A program made the translations under genes and the position numbers. The notes under the pieces are model-generated. The model was not told the DNA's origin, ran no database searches, and saw only the letters and a program-made list of their open reading frames with translations. Source: Lytechinus pictus (Eukaryota). From it: a stretch of DNA of 64,000 nucleotides. This document shows, piece by piece, positions 14,101-26,100 of this stretch. The stretch spans positions 16,246,001 through 16,310,000 of the forward strand of contig NC_087245.1 in NCBI RefSeq assembly GCF_037042905.1, in the 5' to 3' direction. How positions within the stretch are numbered: position 1 is the first letter of the stretch; each line of letters begins with the position of its first letter.

Positions 14101-17100
14101 CTTATATATTTTCAGTATTATTTTCTTTCCTTTCCATAGTGTGGTCAATAGTACCAGTTTTTTAATCCATTGTTTGTGTAATGGTAAAAGCTCTTTCTAA
14201 TCACAATTTATAATCTTTTGTGAAAGTTTTTTTGTTCATACAAAATCTATTTCTTTGAATCATTTGAATGTCCATGTTACTTAAATTTGGAATGTTAGAT
14301 ACACCTGTCTTTAATTAATGCAAGTGTGTTCTTTCCAGCAATAAAGTAAGGATTATAAAAATCATCTCTTGGATTTCATATTCCTTGACGTTTTACTAAC
14401 GTTTAGAGTAACAGGAGGAGAGTTGTTTGAACGTATCGTCCAGAGGGATTCCTTTTCGGAGAGTGAAGCTGTAGGTTTCCTGAAGCAGCTTATAGATGGC
14501 CTCATCTACATGCACGATAGGAATATCGTCCATTTAGATCTTAAAGTAAGTCAGAATTTCAAATTTTACATGGGGGGGGGGTGTTTTGTCACGTTTTTTG
14601 GTCTCAATTGGTTCTGCTTGGGCAATTCCATAAAATTTGTACGTCCGACCCCCTATATGAGGGACCTTCATGATTTTTTTTCTCTGATTTCTTGTTCGTT
14701 TGACCGTCTGTAATGTTCTCTAATTGACCATGACTTGGTCAGTTTACAAAGTGAAGTATGGCTTGAAAAAAATGGGGGTCAGATGTACAAAAAGGTTGAT
14801 CATTTTATGGTATTGCCCGTTTATAATCATAAAAATTTGACTTTTTTGGTACAAAAGGGGAATGATGTTTTTTATATATATATACATAACTCTTAAAAGC
14901 TGGTATGGGAATAAACATAAAGCCTCTATTAAGCACATCTATGTATTAGGAGCTCTTGTAGCACAGTAGTTTTAATGGTATGGGTTAATATATCCCACTT
15001 CTGCCACATGTACATGTAATATGCAGTAGGTTGTTTCACTTATCAACATAATGATGGAGTGGACACATGACTTTGTAAAGTGGTGATGTATTTCAGAGTT
15101 CATTTTGGAACATTAGACAAACCATTGTGGCATGCGCACAAGCATGTGTTAATTTTAATACGATGACCAGTGGAATGTACTTATTGGAGAGTTTCTGGAT
15201 TTTATGTAATATTTTTATGGCTTGTATGTTCTTTTTTCAATGTGGAATAGGGTTAGCTTTAATCAAATCTATTCAAATACCACCCAATGCCTTTATATTT
15301 TGTTTCCCCTCTCACCAGCCCGAGAACATTCTCCTAGTGGCACCAGACTCTGATGACATCAAACTAATTGATTTTGGTTTAGCAGCTGTGTTGAAGGAAG
15401 GGGAAGAGGTTAGATGCAAGTTCGGTACCCCAGAGTTTGTGGCTCCAGAAGTTGTCAATAAGAATCCGGTATCCACAGCAGCAGATGTTTGGGGTGTAGG
15501 TGTCATTGCATATATTCTGTAAGTATTCAAGCGAAGTTTGATTAGTGTTAATGCATTTGCTCTTTGTTTCTTGTATTTAACTGTTCTTGTAATTTCTCTT
15601 GCTTTTCCATTTTCCCTATCTTTAGAAAAACACATATATCCTTGTCTTACCTCTTCCTTTAAATCAGCTGTATGCTGTTTGCTCCTCAAGCTCTTTTTTT
15701 TAATTACCACTCTATAGTGACCCCCCCCCCCCCATGACACACATAGCCTAACTTACTTTTCTCTACACTTTTGTGTTCATGAATCTTTATCATCAGGCTA
15801 TTTTTTGTTTAACCACACTCATGCAAATGGGATAAACTAGCCTTTTTTTTTCATTAATATTGGCCCTGACTCTCTTTCTTTTAAACATTTGCATCAATAA
15901 AATCAATGTCGAGTAAAACATACACAATGGCTACAAATTGTGACCAATCTCAATTAAGTTGAGATGGATCTGAATTTTTAATCAATTGCAACATTTCATT
16001 GGTTATGACCCAGGTAGAAACCCAGAAAAATTCAAGTTCAGTATCACAAAGATTGAACAATTTAATGTCTATTTTCTATTCCAAATACAATCAAGGAATT
16101 GCAAAACAAAATCAGATTTTTCTTCCTATACTTTCTGAGTCATGGGAGCTGTTTCATAAATTGAGAACATCTTTAAAAACAACTGAAATCTGAAAAAACA
16201 TGATAATTTTTGGCACATTAGCTAATGTTGCATTGTGCAAATGCTGATTAAAGTACATTGTATAAACTCTAAACAGACTTTTTATTGCAAACCCCTAGAG
16301 ATATTTAAGCTTGCTGCATGCTATTTACTACATGTAGCTAGCGACTAGTGGGTCGATCGCGTAATAAGCAATTGCAAGCTAGTGAACAGTACGTGCTTGC
16401 TAAAAGATAGCTTAATTGTTTCTCGGCATGCCTATTACAATCTTACTAAAGCTATTCGCTTGCTAGTCACTAGCTAGCTGCTAGCTAGTTGTAGCTTGAC
16501 ATTTTGTGAGGTAAGTAATTAATGATCCATATTTTAGATAAAATAACTTGAAATAATACTTCAGTTAACATTTGGATACCTCATAGTTTAATCATTTGTA
16601 AGTTGTTAGTATCTCAGGCAAAGAGAGGGTTGGATGCAGTTGCGAAAATAGAATTAATTGTTCCAAGTATATTTGATTTCCCAGGCTCAAACTGATTTAT
16701 TGTTGTTCAAGTTGTTGTAAATGTCATTGTTTTCACCCATTTTCTCCCAGATGTTTTTGACGCCCCCATATAAATCCATATTTATGTACAAATTTGTTAT
16801 TCATTGATGAAAAAATATTACTTTTTTTCTATTTTTTTTAAAGTTCTACCAGTATATATTGTGAGTACTCCTAAACATAGAAATACTTGTCATATATTTT
16901 TGTATAGTGTTGCTCTTGAAATCTGAAGTACGAGATGACTCAATTCAAGGCGATCAAAAATAATTTCTACTGATACACATGAACTCTGCATATTTTTATA
17001 TATATTCTTTGAAAAGATTAAACTAGGCAAATTCAATTAATCACAATGAGCAGTGATGCCCATGGAAGGTCCGGTAAAATCTAGGTGAATTATTATCTTA

Positions 17101-20100
17101 ATAAATTGTGACAAAGTATTAAACCAGCTATAAAGGGTCACTAAGCAATAATTATGAACTAAAAATAAAATCACAATGATAAATTGGCAGAAATGGCTGT
17201 ATTATAGCTGAAAAACTACATTTCTACCACAGGGACTTGACAGTAAATGTAAGTATCTTCATGTATTTATAAAAAATACTTTGTTATATTTTGTTTACAA
17301 GTGATAACTACCACAACTGGGTTTTACATGTATGTTTAATTGATTGCAGATTGGGTAAACATTTTTCTTTACATTTATTTATTTCAGTCTGAGTGGTATA
17401 TCTCCGTTTGCTGGTGAAGATGATCGTCAGACCCTTCTGAATGTCCGAGGTGGTCAGTGGGACTTTGATGATGAGGTCTGGGATGACATCTCAGATGAAG
17501 CTCAGGATTTCATATGGCTCTTGTTTGAAATGAATGCAGAGTGAGTACAGTGTGTTTTCATTTAAACGACTATTGTATATCATGGAACAAAATCCTGCTC
17601 ATGTCGCTTCTCCCATTTTCTTGATTGTTTCAAATTTTCCCAGAAGTTTTCCTCTTGTTTTAAAACATGCAGTCCATGTTATTTTGTTCCTCCATTGTTT
17701 TATTTTTGTAGTTACACCAGATAGATGGTGAAATATAAATGTATTATATTTTTGCTGTTACTATCATCATGATTTTTGTACCAGTTGGGGTTTGCAAAAA
17801 AAATATATATCTTAAAATGTCTTTGATACTGTATATACAGTAATGAACTGTATGATAGAAATGCTATTAAAGTATGATTATGATACCAAAAGAAAGATTA
17901 TTTGATATCATTTGACTTATAATGAAGTGTATTTCTTTTGAAGGGGGGCCAAGATTTCAAGTGAAAAGATGTAAATGATGGAAGATTGATAGGTAACTAA
18001 CTGGCTGACCAGTTGAGAATAAAAGACTTTACTCAATTTATTGTTTTTCATCATAACTCTTGTAACTTTTTGATTAATACATTATTTTGTTCTTTAATTT
18101 TATCTATTCAAGAAGTCAAACACTCTTTCTTCTCAGTTTGTTTTCAGTGTGAATAGGTATTGGGGAAATCAACTTTGCATGTGTATTAAGGTTGAGGCAT
18201 ATGGAAATAAGTTTGTTGCTTGTACATATCCACTTCATTTGAATTCAAATTTTGCAATACATAAAATCATGTCATCACTCTGCTTTTGGATGTTGAAAAT
18301 TTATTATAAATACTAAGAATTTGCCTTGCATTCTGGAACATGATTTGATGAAGGTTAATTTGACAACAGCCATTATTTGTTTTTATAATTATAATTTTTC
18401 TAGGAAGAGGCCTGGACTAAAAGAAGTATCAGAGCATCCATGGTTGAAGGTATGAAAATGAAAAAATAAAAGGAATTACAAATTATATTTTATATCATGG
18501 GAAAGTGAAATGGGATCATAACTTTCAAATTATGCATATATATCAACCAAATTATAAATGTTTGTTTTGCTGATTAGTATTGTTGTATTATTATTATGCT
18601 TGTTTGATTTGATTATGAGATCATCTTAGACACCTAAATAGGAGTCTCTGCTGTGTTTAGTAGGTATTCCACTATAAAGATGCTAGGCATCTTCACGTCA
18701 TCTTTTCTATCCCCACTGTTTTGTCTATGCTGAAACATGAAGATAAGAGATGAAAACATGCTTGCAGGACTCCTGCAAGAATTGAAGATGCTGCTTTTAC
18801 CAGTGGCAAGGTGCTTAACCTAATTCCCCTACTACATTTGCAGTGACTGTTTGATAAAGGAAATTGATTATTAAGTAACATCTAGTGAAGCACTTCTGTT
18901 GGTGTAGTGCAGGGGATGGGGGTATAATATGATAGCTCAAGTGTTCTTAGAGTGAAAATCTATCAGTATATTACATATTATGAATCATAGAATTTATTTT
19001 TTTTGGTCAACTTTGATAAAATTTCAGATCTTGTAAATGGTCCCATGTGATTTTTTTTCTAGTGTCCACTTGATAATAATGTTCCATGTAAAACATTCCT
19101 TATTTATGAGGACATCATATCTTGAATCGGAAATTATGTATGTGTATATACCTGTACTCTTAGACAATTCAAGTTAAAAAGATTTGCTGGTACCACTAAA
19201 TTATTGTCAACATGCATTATATAATATCTACAAGACTCTCATGAAAAAACATTGTTATTTTTAACCTTACTATTTTGGCTACAATAGGAGGCTACAGAAA
19301 TTTGTTTAAAGCTGTGTCTACAGGTTTTCATAAAAAAGAGGCTCATAAAACAAAAAAAGTACAGAATTTTGTGATAAGAAAAGGGGGTGGAGTTATCACA
19401 TAAAAAGGGGCAGGCACAAGATCAAGTTTGGACGGGGAAGCTTGTGCATCCTGTACGTGCTCTCTCCTGCTTCTATCTGCCAAAGTAAGGGTTAAAAAAA
19501 AGTATAGCATTACCGTTTAGTAGAAATTTTCTGTGAATTGCGCAGACTATGAGTGAACCTACAAAATCTTCAAATCTAACTTTCTGCCTGTTTGTCTAGC
19601 TATGTATCTAGTCCAGTTGATGAATTATACATTATCTTTCCATCTCTCCGTCTTTTTGTCTCTTGATCTAATTGATCATTTGCATCTATTCATTTACTGA
19701 TCTATCAGACATTTCTTTGTGAATGTCTGTATTTCTGTATATTTCTACTCTACTTCTTTAAAAGATAACCTATGAACACTGTTCATTGATATTGCTTTGT
19801 TTTATTTTATTTGTTTCATTGTCGCTATTGTAGTTTGATGAGCGTCAGGACCTAGGTGCTAAGATTAGCTTGGACAGATTGAGGACTTTCAATTCCAGGA
19901 GGAAGTGGAGGGTGAGATATTGTTAATAATATTGTTAGATATATACTTTGTTGCCCCCCCCCCCCAACAATAAATTCTTTTTGGGGGGTAAGCTTTGAGA
20001 TGCAATTCTTGACTTCCTCAGACCTACATGTACATGTATTACACAGCTCCAAATTGTTTAATTAGAAGAATCACAAGAGGAACAATAACATTAAATTTCA

Positions 20101-23100
20101 AAATGCTGAACATTCATTTTAGCAGCCACTGAGCAGCACCAGATCGACGTTGCTCTGTCTCTAAAATCATTGAATGCCAAACAGGGTAGCAGCAACTCCC
20201 ATCTTTCAACATCTTTTGGTCTGATGTGGCAAGGGCTTGACGCTCTACCAATTGAGCCAACACACCAGTATATATGTAAAACATATTTAAAACAAAGTAA
20301 ATGTTGCAATGTCATCACTTAGTACATTTATGTGAAATATTAAATGTGTGACATATGAACATCTTTTAATGTTATTAGTTATAAAAAATTTTGCTAAATA
20401 AAAGGATTACTTTTAGTTATCCTCCCATTTTTGTAGGTGAGTACATGCATGATCATTTGTCTTTTTTTTTTCATCACAGAAAGCCTTGACAGCAGTGAAA
20501 TCAGCAATGAGATTGCGTCGCCTTTCAAGTCTCGGTAGTAACCTGAAGAAAGCAGCCATAGAACACACTTCTGGCCAGCAATCATCGACGTCCTCTTCAC
20601 CCGCCACCCCGGATTCCGCATCATCCGCTGGCAGCGACGTCTTCAGTGAGGACAACACTACCAAATACGGCAACCTGTTATCCCCAACGAGCTGCGAGAC
20701 CATCGTGGAGAGCATAAACGAGGAAGGAGCCGTCGGCGGGGAAGGGAGCGAGACAGGTAGACGGCGTGGTGCATGGAACACATACCGACATTAAAAATCA
20801 GAATCGTTTTCATCTGCCATATTTAGCATGACGTACGGAATGTTGCACACACACAGTGACATTATATCTATATCTACCTGTCTATTGTGCCTATAACTTT
20901 TGTGTTTGACTGTTTTCAAAGCTAACACTGCTCAGCGAGAAGAAAAGCATAACAAATGTGTGCATTTAAAGTGTCTTCTGTCAAAGTACATGAAATATTT
21001 CATTATATTTGTCATGTATTTTGATGAATTGTAAACCAACGAAAGCATGAGACTCTAAAGAGAGAGAGAGAGACAACCAAATCACTGCATGTTCTCTGGC
21101 TTCAATACTGTATCAAATTCTTGTGAACAAGAATTTGATATTTCTGTGCATACTAACTTTCAACTGTTGAATTATATTACATTCTCATTCATTGCTGTAA
21201 CGGATTCACATTTTAGTGACATCTTCACAGTCAAATAATCCAAATAATATTGTGCTTTCAAACAATCAGTTTGAGATATCGTTAGAATCTTTGGGAAAAG
21301 TATAGCTTCCGCACCCATTTGAATAATATTTAAAATATTCCAGGTGTATGATTATACTTCTTTTCAGACTTGAATGCCATTCATTTTCTCCATTGTGAAA
21401 TGAGTTTCTTTTCATTCAATTACCAAAGCTAAGTGCCTGAAACTAAATCTGTTTGATCTGCAATAAAAACAGCCTGTGTTTAAGTTCAGGTTCTTGGTGT
21501 ATTTGGGTTTGTTCCCATGAGTGTGCTTGGACCAGCTGTTTGGAGAATTATTATTGCCAGGTCTGCCAGGAGGTTAGCAGAAGGGGAAAGTAGCTCAAAT
21601 TTGTCCACAATTTGATCCCAGGTAGAACTGCCTGGAGATGTATTTCCGATGATTGATGAGTACACAATCCAGAAAAGACATTCTTGGGGAAGTTTTGGGT
21701 ATCAGGTTATCCATTTGTTCACCGTGTGAGCCATTGTGAAGAATATATTTTGTGACTTTGAGAGTGTGTAGTGTTCATATGAAGGATCTTTCATCTTCGC
21801 TGCATTGGTGAAAGTGCCGTTCAAGGAGTGTAATAATTGAAGCAATATTGAAGACACCAATAAGCAGACATCTCTTGGATGCACCAGTGCCTTAATTTTG
21901 TGGAAGTAATGGAATTATGTGGATTTATCCATGATCACGTTTTTTTTTTGTAGATGAGCATATGCACCAACATCATATAAAAAATTGTTCTATGACTCTT
22001 TCTGTGTGCAACCTGCAGAAATGTCATTGATATTGCCTTAAGCAGAGGACTTTGTAAGTGAATTTTGGCAATTTCTATTTGCTGGCCAGGAGGAAATTTA
22101 GAAGTATAATGCCAAAGTGGTAATACATGATTGGTGTCACAATGGAAAGGAAGAAATCAAACAGTGGTGAAAACATGGCAGATTGTTACAAATCATTGCC
22201 TAATAGAGATTTTGAGAATAATAATGGAGGCACATCAGGTCGTCCCTACCCGCTCCTGTCTCGACCATCAAAGCTGAGCTTCGCCACAAATTTGCACAGT
22301 ATTACTGAGTCAGAAGGAAGCAGAAGTGCCGAGCAAGTTAATGATGACTGGGAAATTGAGAAAGATCTGACAGAAGAGGTATTTTCACGATCAGGTAGTG
22401 ATACATCGTCACTTGTATCGACTCCACGTTCACCGTATGGTTTGAGGAACTTCTCTCAGCTCTCCTCTGAGTCAATGGAGGATATGGACATGGGTAGATC
22501 AGAGCCGATGCAACCAATGTCACAGGATCCTGACATCATGGCCGCTAGACGAAGCTCAGTGCGGAACAGACGCTCTGGATTTGCATTCCACTTCGGAGAT
22601 AAAGCGGTTCCTGCAAATGCCTTTGTCAACACTGAAGAAAATTGCCAGGCACCCAAGATGCTTTCTGTCAATGAAATGATGATGAAGATTGGTTCAGGCA
22701 AAAGTCCGAATGAGTCGAGTGCTAGTATGCCGGCAAAAGAGTCTCCACCTGTCAGCTGTGTATCCCCCACTCTAGATCCACAACGAAAGGAGAGCCTTCG
22801 TAAAGCTGGAGCAGGTCCTCAGCGTTTCAGCCTAGTAGGTCTTCGAAAAGTCTCAAGCAGCGAGATAGAAGAAGATTTAAACTTTTTGCACTGCTTAGGA
22901 GATAGTAGACTCCATCTAACTTTGTATGAGCGGATAGCTTTGCTTTGGTTTGATTCTAGAGGGCGTTTTATTGTAGGCCTCCTTGTAGGCATAGCGATTG
23001 CTGTGTTTATAAGGATTTTGCTGGCTATTACAGACTATATCTGTAGTAGATGACAGGCATAGATGAGGCCCAAATACTTGTTTTTGAATGTGTAAGGTGT

Positions 23101-26100
23101 CTGAACTCTTTATAAAGTGCTTGCCAAAGTAGTTGTAAAGCTGAAAAATACAAAATGTACTTCAAATATTTTAGTGTAACTTTCATGAAATTTCGTGAGC
23201 TATCTAATAATATTTCTGTATGCTTGATATTTTTTTAAAACATAAATTTGTTTTTTTCTTTTTATGCCTCCGCTCACTCTAGCTGGTTGCCAGGGTCATA
23301 ATGTTTTATCGGTCATCTGTCGATCTGTCCCGTTATTTTTCTGGTGAAAACTAAAGAACTGTTTGACAGATAAATTTCATTTCTTGGGCCAAGCAAGGAG
23401 GTTACTTTCAACCTGGTCCAATTATGCATGTACAGTGACAATGATATCGTTAACTTTGGGGATCTTGAGGTCAAAAAATAATTAAAGAATAGTTTAAGGG
23501 TTTAACTTCATATTTAGCTGAAGTATGCATATTGGAGGGACAATGATCTGCTTAGATTTAAGGTCACACGGTCAAAAGTCACAAAGGTAATTATTTCACG
23601 ATTATGAATTGTGAAATGTTTATCTGATAGATTTTGCATGTTTTCATGAAAATCTCAGTCTGTTGCCGATTGAAGTAAAAGTATCTGCATTCTTTGTTAT
23701 ATATTTGATATAAATGTAAACCTGAATATGTTGCATTATTTTTGGTAAGGGCAGTCATTCATCTACCAAACATATTTCCCCAAGTAAACCCAAAACAAAA
23801 ATAAACAGACACGTCACTTCTCAGGCATATATTCAGGTCAAAGGAAATGACAATATTGCTCATTCAGGATGATTTGGGGTGTTTTTTGTACGCCCGTCTC
23901 GACGTGACGTATTATGGTATCACGCTCGGTGTCCGTCCGTCTGTCTGTCCGTTAACTTTTCCTTATAAACGCGATAACTTCAGTTTACTTTAGTTTGACT
24001 TAACCTAGGCTCATATAATTTGGTGTGTATGATACTAGCATAGATCCCAGGAAGTCTTTTGATTTTGAGGTCCAAAGGTCAAGGTCACAGTGACATGTTT
24101 TCATCTTACCCTTCTGAAGTCCTTGTAAACGCGATAACTTCAGTTTAACTTAACCTAGGCTCATATAATTTGGTGTGTATGATACCGGCATAGATCCCAG
24201 CACTTGATTTTGAGGTCAGAAGAACAAAGGTGGAGTCGCCACCTTCCACTTTTCTTGCTTGACCAATAACTCCATTTTCCATGTTACAGGCGGGCGTATT
24301 ATGTGCTCACCTTAGCGACACTCTTGTTTACAATTTAAACTCCCTGGAATTACAAAGAAATTACGGAGAATTGCACTTCTGATTATGATCACTATCTATA
24401 AATCAGATGTCATGTAGGTGCTTTAGCAGTGATAAAAGTTGATTATACATGTATCATTATCTTTTTCATCTATGATATCGAGGGGTCATTTCACAAGCAT
24501 TGGCATATGACAAGCCTACTGGTTTTCTCAATCAGTTTTAAGCACATTAGCTCAATATGCTGATAAACACTTCAGATATCAATGTTTATTTTTAGTACGA
24601 AGTTTGTACCCACATTTCAAGAAATTATCAAGCAATATTTCATGGATTATTTGAAAGTGATGTCAGGCGAAATATTACAAAGCACAAACTTATGAATTAT
24701 TTGGGCTTTTTAATGCATGCTTGTTGCAAAAACCCAGAGCAAAAGACAATCTTTTCATCTGCTTGGGTATCCACACATCAGAATTCTGACCTGTTATTTC
24801 ATAATAGACAATTCAGATTACATTAATAGGTTATTATATTTATGTTGAAACAATTCAAAATGTAGTCTCACTTGTTTATTCTTCATAATTTAGTTGTCAA
24901 AGTCATATATCATGTGTATAACTTATAGTTGGGTATATACCCCATACTGTTTAAAAAAAACTATTCATTTTTTGTTTCTTAATGAAGAAATAACCATACT
25001 ATAATTAGCTTATATAACACCTGATATATGCTATCAGGTGCTTTCAAATGTCATACCTGATATTCTACATGGCATCATGATAGATAAGAGGAAATATTTC
25101 CTTTTTCTTGCTTTTAGTCAATTTGAGTAACTGGCAATGATGTTTTATCAACTTCTGTTATCATTGTCCGTGTCATTGTGTCATGGGTTTTTCTCCCTAT
25201 TAGTATTAGTTGAATTTTGTTCATACTCCTTCCTCAATGGAAGTCAAGACAAAAAAGTTTGGATGATATGTACTAATACTTGTAGATGCAACCAATCTTA
25301 TATTGAATATTTTGATATAGGATGCTTCTTACTGACTTTCAAGCTCACTTTTATCACTGTACAGTATAAAATCATTATGATTATTTATTGGAATTCAATA
25401 GAGTTATTATTGAAACAATGTGTCTGTTAAACAATCTGATCTTAACATACCAGATATTATGTTGGTACTCTTTTAAAAGAACATTAACTGTACTGTAGTT
25501 ATCTTTCATATTGTTAAAGCCTACTTATTTGAAATTTTCCTGCATTTATGGCTCTATTAAACATTTTGGTTATTTATAAGATGTGTTTCTATTTTCAGTG
25601 AAAGTGCAATTGGGTTCGTTTTTATGCAGAGTGGACTATCATAGGAAAATTTGGCATATTGTAAATGATATTTAGAAATATATTTATATCAGAAATGAAC
25701 AGTGAAGTGTGATTGACTTTTGAGCTTTAGTGAAAGGTAATAATATGTACAATGACAAGTTTATGATACAACGGTTTATGAGGTGTATCACCATTTTCAA
25801 AGCAAGTGAGAATAGATATTTTGCTATTTCTTGTCATTTTTTATGACACACTGAAATGTACCAGTGAGATATCGAGGACTGAACATGACAGAAAGCCATA
25901 CTTTATCACTCAAGCATGTTTCATTTGGTGTATTTATTTGTGTCAGGCATTGTGATTCCTCCCACACCCCTCTCCCATGTCCTTGGTCGGCACTGACCCA
26001 CTCTTGCCCGCACCCCCCCCCCCCAACCCAATGCCATAACCCCTCCCTGGAAGTCTACTTTCTCGCTGTAGTCATGTTAGTTGTTGTAGTCATTACACCC

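Larger units (their letters stand above)
4329..14406 (+). other. U12-type (minor spliceosome) GT-AG intron, about 10.1 kb
   Basis: 5' site GTATCCTTT matches the U12 consensus RTATCCTTT; branch site TTCCTTGAC at 14381-14389 lies 17 nt before the intron end; splicing restores MEI-VTGGELF. Confidence 0.9.

Noticed and set aside
15312..15740. Antisense ORFs over real exons (also 1748-2065, 20413-20781, 22456-22770, 59669-59992)
   Set aside because: Shadow frames of coding sequence on the opposite strand.
21953..22126. Upstream acceptors that might fuse kinase 1 to the 308-aa ORF
   Set aside because: Each meets a stop before or at the TAA at 22121-22123; they could only serve a 5' UTR.
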